Source of the DNA: Chlorokybus atmophyticus
Lineage: Eukaryota; Plantae; Mesostigma and Chlorokybus algae
Direction of reading: 5' to 3'
NCBI GenBank assembly: GCA_009103225.1
Contig: RHPI01003369.1
Coordinates: 851,490-915,489, forward strand
Length of the DNA stretch: 64,000 nucleotides
Of the stretch, positions 1 through 11,929 are shown one piece after another. How positions within the stretch are numbered: position 1 is the first letter of the stretch; each line of letters starts with the position of its first letter. A program made the position numbers and the translations under genes. The notes below the pieces were generated by a model, which made no database searches, had not been told where the DNA came from, and was given only the letters and a program-made list of their open reading frames with translations.

Positions 1-76
<76 letters not shown>
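1..76. repeat. (CT)n microsatellite
   Basis: Pure CT dinucleotide run from the window start. Confidence 0.99.
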
Positions 77-80
<4 letters not shown>

Positions 81-1857
81 ATGTTTTATCCGCCTGTGTG
101 CAGCCGTTGTTCCGTCACCGTCAAGGACAGTGGCTGGTGACGGTAGGGTTACCCGCAACGTTCGTACATGCTGCCTAGACTCCCGCACCCTATGCCGGTG
201 CCGGCTAAGCGCCAGGTGCGCATTTGTGCTTACATGTGTGCGTCCGCTGTGTGCTGTGAGGCAAGGTCCCAATGGCACACCATGCTGTAACAGAGGCGGT
301 CACCATGTACGTATCAGAGGTGGTGATGCTGCTTCAACAGTTTGTTGGTCTGGCATGTAGCAAGTATGAATGAAATGTTTTTGTGCATGAGAGTGGCCGT
401 TGCATGCATACCCCAGCTGCTCACATCAGCCTGTGCAGTGTGCAGCTCATAATGTCGTTTTGGCTGACAATGACTGTGTGAACCATGGAGCCTGACATGC
501 TGTGGCGGATTGGTGAAGCTCCTAGGAATAGCCGTGGCACAGTGTTTGATAAGCAACCAACTCTGTACAACAGCTATGACTCAACGCGGCTTTTCCAACA
601 ATGCTTCAAGCTGCCATTGGGAGTCCTTTTTATAAGGTGCTGCCTTGCTATTTAATAGCCATGGCTGATGCGAAGCTTGTTGAATACTTCCGTGTCCCTA
701 CCAATCACTGAACCTGGCCTGCAAGTCGGTTGTAATATGCAGATACACACTCTGCATGTATAGTATACTAACTGCTCCTCTGGTTCCTGCTGTTCATCTG
801 CACCTCCAAGTGCTGGGCAGGGGTGTGGCGTATGGATAACAAGCCTTACTTTCTGTTGCTACCAGCAGTGCTGATTGACTTGCAGGGTCTCAATCTCTCG
901 GCAAGAGAGAAGTTGATGTGACGCACGTGCTTAACCAAGCCGCAGAAGCCAGTACCCTCTCGCCAGCACACCTCATTATACCTCGTCTTCCGCCACCGCC
1001 CTAACTAGGTGGCCAGTCGCGCTCCGCAGCCGGGAAGGTTTGCCCTGCACTGCGCCGCGAAGAGACGCAGCAGCCAGAGGCGACTACCACAGTCGCCGGC
1101 GATACCACTGCTGTACTCCGTGAACCCACTGCCGGGCTGCGGAGCGCTCACCGCGCAGCGCTGCCGGTGCCGTGGTTTGAACGACGTGGTGGTGCCGGCA
1201 TCGGTAACCTCTGGACGGTCATATGTGAGTTAGCTACAAGGTGCGGCAGCTACAAATCAGATTGAGGTCATTGGGGATGGGAGTCCTGCGCATAGGGTAT
1301 AGGACAACAACATGCAACACTCTATGCCAAGCTCAAAACACCCGCCCACACCCAGAGCTCAACAATTTATCGCATGCCAACATCATACCATGACAAGGGT
1401 ACGCACACCGATGCGGGTACAATTGCTTCAGACATGATTGTGATAGTATCAATGCAATAGTCCAAATGAGGAGAATCAGTCATTCTGCACGTGATGATCT
1501 AGTTGGATGAGAATAAGAACTGATACACCATATCATGTAAACTGTTGTAACATCTCATGGACTGTTATGCGTGCACTTCCTCTCTACTGCTATAATAGTC
1601 CGTGTTATGTGCAACACCAGCGATGGATGCAGTGCGCAAAATGATATTGACCGTCCAGCCTTTGTACAATCACCTTTGCATCTCGATACACTCCATTGAT
1701 GATCAGCTTCGTGTGGTGCTTGGAATTGCTTGCAAATATGTCGTGCTCCTTTTCCCTGCTCGAGTGCACACGTGATGGCATGATTTTTCTGCAATGCCAC
1801 CATTTGCATGCAGCAGCCTCTGTATGAAATTGGTTACCGCTCCCGAGCCGTAGCCCG

Positions 1858-1862
1858 TTACA
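1858..1862 (-). promoter_or_regulatory. Candidate TGTAA polyadenylation signal of the kinase-HECT gene
   Basis: TGTAA on the - strand about 55 nt after the stop codon. UGUAA is the known chlorophyte poly(A) signal, but a 5-mer can occur by chance. Confidence 0.35.
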
Positions 1863-1915
1863 GAGCTAGAAGTTATAGCACATATTCTACAGACCAGACG
1901 CTAGTCGTATACCTG

Positions 1916-4900
1916 TCAGCTGACCAAGAACCCTGATCCGTCAAGGGTAGCCAATGCAAGGAGCAACTTGTCCTGCAGCACTTGCGCGTCCTTGTAGTCA
2001 GGCAAATCAACGCGACGGAAACACGTGCGGCCGACAGGCAAGCGATCGCTGCTCTGAATCCTGTGAATCGTGATGGGTGCAGTGGTGCCGCGCGCTATAG
2101 TGCACTGTGCTGTTGCCAACCGAAGAAACCGCCGCAAGTCATTGGACCGCAGCTCGTGAAGGAGGGCAAGAAGGTCTGCGGGTGTCCGGCTTGTGGTGGG
2201 CCAGTCAGCAGGACTGAACCGTATCAGCTCGACCACCATGTGCGCATCAACGTGCTCTTCCCCGCATACCAGCAGCATGAGGTCAGTGCAGGAGAACACC
2301 TGCACATGTCAAAACGATGCAGTTGTTAGTCTTCCGTTATGGAAGCACACAAGCAGCACACACGTGAAGCACAACCATACGCACGAGTGTTACCTGCAGA
2401 TAGGAAGACAGGTCTACTTCTTGAAAGCCGCGGCGCATTGCTTCCAACTGCCGTTGTCTGCACCCAACCAACACATACTGTACACGATGCTGAACATACT
2501 GGCGCTTGTTGGCATCAGTGACTGCGACAGGCGCCCTTGAACCGGACTGCTCACTGGATGTTCCCTGCGTCTCATCGACATAGTCCAGCAGCTCATCTTC
2601 AAAGAACAAGTTTAGCCCATCTGCAGGCCGCACTAGCAGCTCGCGGAGTGACATAGCCAGTGTACGATCATACAACTCAAGATCCCGCAGACTTGGCTCA
2701 TGCCCCAGTAGGTACTTGAAAGATGACGGGGCGAACACAGCGGGTATGGGTCTTCTATCCACCATGCTCTTGACGAGCACTTTGCCTATCAACTCATAGG
2801 TGCGCAGCTCGCCATGGTTGGCGCATGGCAGATATGCTGTGCCTGATGCCGGGCCGTCCTCAGCAGATGGAGCTTCAAACAGCTCCAGCTCTACATCAAC
2901 AACCTGGATAGTGCTTGGTATGAAACCTACCTGTTGTTTAACAGGATGCAGCCATGGCATGCAGGACATGTGTCAACACAATTACCTTCGTACCTTGTGA
3001 AAAAAGTCAATGTACAAATCCGACGTAAGGCCTCCAGCATCACGCCCGGCCTCGCCTATGAAGCGCACTTCCAGAGGGTGAAGCAGCATCTCCTTGTTGA
3101 TTTCGCTGAATACGCCAAGAGTATCTTCTATGAGGTCACTGCGTCGCACACGCACTGACACTGTTGACCTTCCTTCCTGCAGGCTTCGAACCTTGTGACA
3201 CGTGAACATCAAGTCAGTGACCAAACCTTTCTGCCATGCGCAGCATGACAACCATGACTCTAACGACCGCCATGCAGCATGCATACCTGCTCCCGCAAAA
3301 GGTCCAACTTGAGGTCGCTCTCGAGTATCTGCTTGTTCTCTGACAGATGCCGCACAAAGGATGCAGTGAAGTATGAATAAGCAAGGGCCTGGTTGGCATT
3401 TGGTCGTGCGTTCGGATTGCGTTGTAGCAGCGCGGACAGTAACTGGCGGAGATGCTCATTGTCATCCTCAGGAATGACGACAGCATCCTGACCGGCTTCA
3501 ATGACAGGTTCTGTACCAAAGTGAGCTTTGTACAGCATGACACCTGCGGTCCACGTTGGCATAAGTACTGCACATGCCGCAACTTGCTGTGCACGAACAT
3601 GTCCACAAACTGCCGCTCCCGGTAGATAGGTCATATTGACTGACTTTGAATGTGATGGAGCACTGTCAGATGCGCATAATTTGCAGGAAGCCATGCTTGA
3701 TTAGAGCGTGCTGTGCACACATTAGCAACATGAACATTCTTCACCCATCGACGTAGAACCGCGGCATTGACAAGGTGGCAACATGTATGGTGAGCTGCAA
3801 ACCATTGCTTGTGGTTCTAACCACACTTGCCTATGGCCCACATGTCTGACGATGGCGTGGCAGGTTCGCCCTCCAAGACTTCAGGTGCTATATAGCCCTG
3901 CGTGCCCTTAATGACCCCTTCGCTGGTGCTGCTATCATCCAGAAAGCTTTCACTCCCAGAGTCAGCTCCTGCAGCCCCAAACGGGTTCCTGTGTGGCAAT
4001 TAAGATGAGGACAAGACAACATCCGCATAGACCACAATCTGCATGTTACAATAATGCACACGCTTTTTCTGTTTGGCAAGCCAATGCTAGCCGGAGTACC
4101 TTGGCAGAAGGGAATTTGTGGAAACCTTGCGCCTTGCCACCCTTCGACTGGTTGTTGTTGTATGGGCTAACAATGCTGAGCGGTCTTTGGATATGCCAAG
4201 GTCGCATATGACGGGCTTGTTGTCCTTGGCCATCAGCACATTGTCCTGTCGTCATGAAGCCATGTCACCAGTCAAGCACAGCATTGAGATGTCCCGAAGC
4301 CGTTCTTTGCATCATGGATGACAAGGTAAGCAATACCAGCTTCATGTCGCGGTGAACGACTCCATGATCATGCACATAGCTCAGGCCCTGCAGCAACTGC
4401 CGAAAAGCGGATTGAACCTCCCATGGTTTGGGTCCTTTGAGTAACCATTGACCCATGGTGCCGCCATCAATGTATGGAGTCTGTATGTATGCGCGCAAAC
4501 CATCATAGAAGGCAGCCTCCACTGTGATGATGGCTGGGTGGTGCAGTTTCCACAGCAGCGTAACCTCGTTCTCGAACACCTGAAAACGAGCATGCGGCAA
4601 GCACATTTGAATACGAGTATTGATGTCAATACAATGTCATATGCGAGATCTTTATGACCTCGTGAAGGCCATTTACCTTGCGTGCACTTTCATCGCTGAG
4701 AGGTAGCTCTTTCAGTACGCAGAGCCGCCCATTGTACTTGACCAAGAGTACATGCTGCGAGGAACCTTGCAAGATACCCACCTAAGCAAATCACATGTGA
4801 AGTGTGACCAACTGGTCGGACACCCACAACCCGCAGGTGTGCAACTACACACCTGCTCATAGTCAGCAAGCTTGCGGTTGACGACAAGACCAGTATGACG

Positions 4901-7900
4901 AAGCCTTGTAGACAGCTCGCCAGTCTCCTCACACAGCAGCTCAGGGTGATCACTGCGGGCAAGAACATACAGCTTCTCATTGATCCAGTCCTGCCTGGCA
5001 CATAGTTTGCCGACTTCTTCACGGGCTGCACTCAGACGCTGTTCTGCCAAGTTCAACTCGCGAGACCCGCTTGGCAACCGCAGGCGGGAGAGCTCAATCT
5101 CTGCATTCAGACGGATTTGCGCTTCCTTAGCAGCCAAGATTTGCCGAGACAACTCCTTTAGCTCCCTTTGCCAGACTTCAATCTGCAGACACACAGCTTA
5201 ATGCGTATGCTTCACCAACCAGAGACGCAACAAGCTGTGTTGTGCAAGGTGCCTCATGGGGCAGCTATATAAGCTACGTGCTGTTACCTCAGGTCGTTGC
5301 CGATCAATCTCTTCAAGCTTCGACAGCACGGAGACACAGTCCGCCAGTAGTGACTGTGTGTGCTCAAGTGCAATCTCCCCTCGCTCGGCTTTTAGGTTAC
5401 CCAATACAACTTCCGCAGCCTGAATCAGTTCCCTTGCTTGGACGCAGCCCTGAGCCAGCGCACTGCTTGTCGTAGTCCCAGCATTCTCACTGTCCCCAGA
5501 AAGCTCAAGAACAGATGCACACTGCGAGGCTTCGCGTCTCAGGCTTTCATGAACCGCCAAGAGTGCTCTATTGGTGTCGTCCAGAATGGGCCGAACTGGT
5601 AGGTATACGCGGCCTTGCCATTCGCGATACCGAGCCAGAGTGGCGTCGAGATCTTTCAGGGATGCCACTGCTTGCTGCTGGGTACCAAGCTGACTACTGC
5701 TGGCATTTGACTTGTGGCTGTTGGAAGTGCTGCTGTAGCTGTTGGAAGTGCTGCTATAAAAAGGACGTGCACCAGCTTGCAATCGACTTGATGGCGGGCG
5801 ACCACCCGCTTGGATTTGAACATGGGATTGTGGTTGTGATTGGTCCAGTAAGCAAGCCTGCAGTGCTGCCTTTGCACTCTGCAGCTCTTCTGTTGACGTG
5901 TTGACATGCTCCGCTCGAGAATGCTGAGATGCAGTAACTCGCTCCAGCTCAGCTTTCAAATCTCGTGCAAGTTGCATGCACTGCTGGTGCAAGGCATCTC
6001 TGCGCACCAGCTCCTCGCGAGCAGCTTGCAGATCACCGTCTCTGGCAAAACTGCGGATGGACTCTTGTGACTGCATGAGTTCCTTGTGAAGCTGGAAAAG
6101 GGGCTGCACACCGATGGTTGGTGCTGTGAGCGTGAGGTCCATCTCATGAGACTTACTCTCTCGCGCCTCGCGCAAAAGCAGACTGTGCAGGCTATCTGCT
6201 TTGGCAAAAAACGACCGCGACTTGAGTGCTGACTCAACAACATCCAGCAGTGCAACAGGTGGGGCTGGTGCATGTGTTCCTGAGGGCAGTGACTCCTGTG
6301 ATGCAATGGGTCTTCCATACGGCTGCAACCATGGAAGTATGGAACCCTTGAAACTGTCCAGATTCAATGACAGTGTTGTATCCTGGGTTGTTATCGTGTG
6401 CATATTGGTAGGCAAAACTTGACTGGTGGCCGAGGCAGATGGTGCTAATAAGAGGCTAGCAGGCTCAGCTTCAACAGCCACACGCAGCAGTGCAGCTGCG
6501 ATGTCAGCAACCGCTTGCAACACACGCGGGCTATCCGGTTGTGACTTGCATACCAACGCAGTCTGCAGAGCCTTCCATTCTGTTAGCTGCTGCAAAGTTT
6601 TCGGCCCCAGGTCACGAATGCGTTGCTGCACGCTGTCCCAAGAGCCATCCAACCCAATTGCAGCAGGCAACACTGTGCTTGCATCGCCCTGCAAGTTTGC
6701 ACTGCCAAGTGTTGGCTGCAAGCGCAACTCAAGCGCCCACACGTCATTCAAGAAAGCTGTACGATCCCAGCCGCCGATGATGTAAAGCCCTTTCCCAGTA
6801 AAAGAGCAGGTATGGCCACTCCGCGCACCGATCTCTTCTGGAGCAGCGGCGTCTGCTGCTGCTAGTGGCAGCAGCTGAGCGGGTGCTGGCACCCACTCCA
6901 ACACCTCCGTGTCCAGGTAGTGTGTATCCGACAGATGGTTGTCTCCATCCCAACCGCCAAAAACCACCAGCCACTTGCTCACAAGCTCAGATGTATGGCC
7001 TGATCGTGGAGATGGCACATTACTTTTCATCTGCAGCCGACAGTCAGCAAAGACCAAGTTGGCAACCATACCAACCAAACTGACTTGCTTCATATTGCAG
7101 TGTATGTACCACCCAGCTGATAGGCTTCAATCAAGTCTTACCTTGGGCGTGTGCCACACATAGGTGCGCATGTCTAGTATTGCGAGGTCATTGAGGCGTC
7201 CACTTTGGCTTTCTCCGCCAAAGACAAATAGTCTATGACCCACACGAGTAGCACTGTGGGCCGCACGTGCAGCGGGCACAGCGCCTGTGCTGGGTTGTAT
7301 GTGCCATGTCATGGTCTCTGTGTCAAGGACGGCAAGCTCGTTGAAGAATGTGCTGAACCATCCACCAAAGATGAACAGTCGGGAACCAACTGCCGTGGCT
7401 GTGTGGTATGCGCGAGGTGGTGGAGGCTTGCCTGCAATGCTTGGCTGGGACCAGACCAAGCCTGCAGCTGAATTTGGAGACGCGGCGCCATCCAAAACGT
7501 GCAAGTCATTCAGAAACTGATCACCCTGAGCAGGGGCAAGATGTCAAAGCCAGTTTATCACGCCAAATGCATACCTGGAGACATGCAGACAATAATGGCG
7601 ACATGCATTTGCAATGTAAGAAGATGCACAAGGCATAGAAAGTGTAACATGCAGTTTATTGCTGTTTGTACCTTCCAACCTCCGAAGAAGTAAACACGGT
7701 CGCCGACGCGAGCAGCTGCATGATAAGCACGGGCACTTGGCGCTGCTCCAGACAATGCAGGTTCCTTCCACTGGAGGGTTTCTGCAATGTTGCAATAAGC
7801 AGTTTGCTTAAAGAAGGCAAAATCAAGCATCCCGCTACCATGTGCATGCTTGCATATGCCGCGATGAGTGGTTAATGCTCATATTTCTTGTTGCAACTGC

Positions 7901-8672
7901 ATGCAACCCCACGCCACTGATAACGCAAAGCGCATATTGTTGTGCTCAACGGCAGGCTGAAACAGACTTGTCACAGCAGCCACCTGTGTCCAGAACCCAA
8001 GTGTCATTGAAGTAAACCGACGCCCCGCCACCACCAAAAATTAGAATACTTGAGCCTAGTTGTGCTGCAGCGTGACCAGATCTGCCTTTTGGAACTGGAT
8101 CAGATGTCGCCTTGCTGCAACACACATAGAGTATTATACCACTTGCATGTGGGTAACAAAACTTGTAGTAAAAACATCTGCAGACTGCAAGTCTGAACAT
8201 TAACCGCATTCGACAGGGCGGATGGCAATTACAAGTTACCAGGTTGAAATCTGATCTAGTAAACGCACCACAACATCGATTCTGTTTCAGCAACTTGTGG
8301 AAGAATTTCTTTGTAAGGCCAGGGACCAACGTAATGCCCAATGCAAATGTCCAGTACAAACCAACTCGCGCTGCTTGTAAGTGGCATCCAATGCTCCTAT
8401 GCATGCACACTCACAGGCAACTACTCTGCATACACATGAACAACTGTCCTGGCAATACAAATGCCGACCTAATAATAGGGCAATGCATTTGCGTGCTGCA
8501 TGCTGACTTTCATGCACAGATGATTGACCTATCTCCAACCAAAGCAACAAGCCCTCAAGCAGTGACAACAGCATCTTTCACCCACTCAACAACAGCATGC
8601 TTACTTATTCCAGCGGATCAGCTGCGTCCTGCCGCCCCCTGCTGCATCCTCTTGGCCAGGGTCCGCCGCCAT
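1916..8672 (-). CDS. Multi-exon Kelch-repeat / coiled-coil / Ser-Thr protein kinase / HECT E3 ubiquitin ligase fusion protein
   Basis: Spliced reading starts MAADPGQ... at 8672. Six Kelch blades (PKGRSGH..FGG, ARAYH..FFGG, PRAYH..FGG, ARAAH..FGG, PRSGH..FGG, ARSGH..IGG; ~6700-8120). Helical/coiled-coil linker (4850-6700). Kinase motifs CVLK, ENE, HRDMKLDN, DLG, GTQGYIAPE, SDMWAIG (3300-4780). HECT motifs VRFIGEAGRDAGG, ELIGKVLVKS, LRRFLRLATA, LPVGRTCFRRVDLPDY and C-terminal GF (1916-3190). Introns checked have plausible splice sites. Confidence 0.9.
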
Positions 8673-9185
8673 ATGAAGCCACCAAAAGCTTCTGCCCTGC
8701 TACCGAGCATCTAGCCGCTGGTACAGAGGAATGATTGCGCTTGAGCGCTCGCCGTCTCTACCTCCACCTCCACCTCCGCCGACGCCACTGACAGTAACTA
8801 CTGCAAGCAAAGCATAGCATTGCAAGCGCACTCTCACCGACAGAGACCGGTTCGCCTGCATTTTTGGCAGAAATGTCGCGTATGTTTTTTCTGAACTTCA
8901 GACTGCCTTGGAACTCTCCGGGCTTGGTGTTTGAAATGACAATTTCGGGGTTTTGCAGGCGCCCTTGCCAGGAAAATCGGGGAATTAACTGCATGTCGTT
9001 TCCTTTGCCCGGCAAGGATGGATCATGTCCTCGAGCTTCCCCACAATTGTTAAAACAGCAAAGTTTGGTGGTGCTCAATGTCGTCCTTACGAGCAACAGC
9101 GGCATTACAGCGTGCAGAGGCGGCGGCGGTGATGGATTTGTGCTGGGTGTGTGTGATGTTGAGGTTAAGCCGATAAATGGTCAGC

Positions 9186-9638
9186 ATGTTGGAAAAAGAT
9201 ATTGAAGCGGTAGGTGGTATTGGCAGCAGCCTTGTACAGGCCGGCTCCGGCTGCTACCACTGGATTGCTGTCTGCTGTTGGTGCGCTGGTGTTCACGGCG
9301 CAGCGTGGCTGCATCCCAAACATGGTCTCATCGCAGGTGCTAGACGCATGGGAACCGCTGATGGAAGCCATACAGCAGCAGCCTAGGAAGGTAGCAGCAG
9401 CGTTTGGTTTGTTGAATAGTTGGTTGCATGCACATGGCAAGTTCAACAAGGGATGCTGCCTCTCTGCTTCCGTGTACAGGCTGACGCCGTAAGACAGGAA
9501 ATGCAGAAGCATGCCAGCTTTGTCCGCAGCTGGAATCAGCTGCTCAAGAGTGGCCATGCGGCATATTGCTCGGAAACTCCTCCGCCGCCGCCGCCGCCGC
9601 CGCAGCACGCTCTCTGCCTTAAAGACCAGAGGCACTGA
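9186..9638 (+). CDS. Small hypothetical protein (3 predicted exons, ~87 aa)
   Basis: Exons 9186-9209, 9337-9390 and 9480-9638 join in frame through GT..CAG introns: MLEKDIEA/VLDAWEPLMEAIQQQPRK/ADAVRQEMQKHASFVRSWNQLL...; no recognised family. Confidence 0.4.
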
Positions 9639-10744
9639 CCACGGTGTTACAGGTCTATCAAACAAAGCACATGCAACTGAGCATTTACACCAACCTGCAC
9701 ACAACATATCTAAACAACATCCAGGATGCAGGTTGTGCTTAGGGTCAGGTACTTGTTGGCAACGTCAGAAAGTTTTTGGCAGCATCTTTATACTCTGTCC
9801 TGTATGCGCAGCAGTTGTCCTTGAATTATGGTGCTGCATCATTTGTGCACAAGGACTTCAGCCAGTACCTGCTTCTAGCTGCACAGGCCTCGAGTAGTTC
9901 GGGATGGACCTCAACTTACAACAAGTTTACAAGGTACCCCTCTTTTTTTGTAGTGTAGTCTTTGAGACTGCAAAAACACTACTAGCACGCAGTTTCGCAA
10001 CACACGGTGAACAGGGCTGCATGTGATCAAGCATGTCTTTAGCGACCAACGTGGTGCACTTACAACGTTAGTGAGAAACTGCTGTACATTTAGCTAAAGG
10101 ACGGCATGCAGCTAGTCTATGCTGAGTGGTGCTCAGCTTTGGCAAAGCCCATACAGCGTTTGACCGGGCTTGCATGTAACTCTCAACAAAGTACCCAGTT
10201 CCATGCGCATGACAAAGCTAAGACTCTATCCCTGGTTGTGATGGACCCACCCAGCACTGACTGTGGCTTTGATACTATCTGTACATAATCTAACTGGCAT
10301 ATTGTGGTTCATGCCATTTGACTGCGAGCTACTGCTTTGCGTGTCTTGATACATAGCGCATGCATGCACAACCGCAGAAGAGCGAACAGAAAGCTTGCCA
10401 CGGCTGCAGGAAAGCTTCAGCTGCAGGTGCTCCTCTCGAGCTCAATGCGTTGGCCTTAAGCTGCTGGTACCGTCCAGCGCTGTTGTTCCCTGCGCAGGGT
10501 TACGCAGTTATCAACGCTGGCAGCCGTGTGCGCGAGTAGCCTGCAAATCTGAGCATGAGTTGCAACCACCAATCTCAATGTTGTCTTGATGACGAGTTCA
10601 CACTAGACTTGTGCCAAGTTATGCTATACACAGTCTGCTCTGAGCCTGAGGAAACAATGATCACCTACAGCACCTGACAAAGCTGTGTGGGTGAACCCCA
10701 AGCCTTGTGGTTGGAAGAATCCAACTCTGAACTCAAACAGGATG

Positions 10745-11660
10745 TCTCTGGACAACAGTGTGAAACAATTTTGCGTATGACGGTTCATAGACTGTAGAAG
10801 TGGTTTTGCAGAAGGTTTTGAAAGCCGTGCACGCACTTGCACAGAACTGGTAGTCTGAGATCAGCGTTTTGCCATAATGGTGCTTACATGTGTTCTGTTT
10901 GGACTGCAGCCGCGCGCAGCAGTCTGCCGCCCTGGCCCGCCACTTGGCCGCCTGCACACATATGACATTGACAATTCTCTTCCACACCAGAACCATGCGC
11001 GAGAGCAAATTTTCACGTTGATGTCCGTAGAGGCGAATGCATCGGCATCAATGCAAGTGTTGACAAGTAAACACACGGCAACACAGCTTCAACACGCACA
11101 TACGCCGGATATGAGTGTTGTCACTGAAAACTACATGCAACGATTGAGCACATGCACGCTTAGCAACGCGCTTCCACCCAAGCTGCAACATAGAGCACAC
11201 CGCCAAATGTCAAGTCCCCAAGTTAATACAGTATGTCCCACGCCTGCTAAGTACATTAATCAGCAGGCGTGCCCGCTTACATGCATTCTGCCGCCGGGAA
11301 GCACGCATGCACACAGCTACCACTTGCCTGTTCCTGGTCAGGCGGGCCGCCGTAACCCTGCTGTAGCATTTGGGCTAGCAGCAGCATCTGCTCGACATCC
11401 CCGGCCTCGGCGGCGGCGGCGGTCTCCGCTCTCCACGCCTGCACGCAGCGGGCGACGACGTCTGCGAGTGGCACTCTGTGCGGATGCTGCGCCTCCGGCT
11501 GCTGCTTTCTTGCTGCGCCTGGTTGCTGGTCTTGCTGCTGTTGTTGTGCTTGTTGTTGTTGTTGTTGTTGTTGTTGTTGCTGCTGATGCTGATGCTGATG
11601 CTGTTGTTGTTGTTGTTGTTGCGCAGGCAGCAACCGACTCCGCCCCGTCATCACCAGCAT
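10745..11660 (-). CDS. Small Sel1-like-repeat protein of the plant 'VPLxxVVxxCVxxW' family with N-terminal polyQ
   Basis: RVPLADVVARCVQAWRAETAAAAEAGDVEQMLLLAQMLQQGYGGPPDQEQ, then a GC-AG intron, then AAKWRARAA. Matches the single Sel1-like motif (LAQM..xGYG.P.D...A..W) of short plant proteins; 3' end approximate. Confidence 0.7.
11530..11625 (-). repeat. CAA/CAG/CAT trinucleotide tract encoding polyQ/QH
   Basis: (TTG)n/(CTG)n/(GATGCT)n runs on the + strand. Confidence 0.9.
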
Positions 11661-11896
11661 GCGCCGCCGGCGGCAGTAGCCGTGAGCCTTGCAGGTCCCA
11701 AGGCAGAGCTCGGTGTGGCCTGGCCGGGCAAACTATGGACCAAGCTGACAAATTTGCAGCCTGCAAAAGCGTGTGTCTGCGCGCGCGCAGGAATTCTGTG
11801 GCAGGATGGAAACCTGCGTGCGCAGCAGGGCCAGGGGCCGAACATGAAATTGGGCAAACACGGACAAAGAAGCGAAAATGATACGCATAATTTTCA

Positions 11897-11929
11897 TGCC
11901 ATGCACCCGCAAATTGCGGGTGCATGGCA
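11897..11929. repeat. Perfect 16-bp inverted repeat with 1-nt spacer
   Basis: TGCCATGCACCCGCAA-A-TTGCGGGTGCATGGCA. Confidence 0.9.

Noticed and set aside
100-1233. Possible 3' exons of a + strand gene (e.g. SQSLGKREVDVTHVLNQ..., ~886-1003) and a GC-rich patch at 1009-1233
   Set aside because: Splice-like sites exist, but there is no recognisable domain and no unique frame
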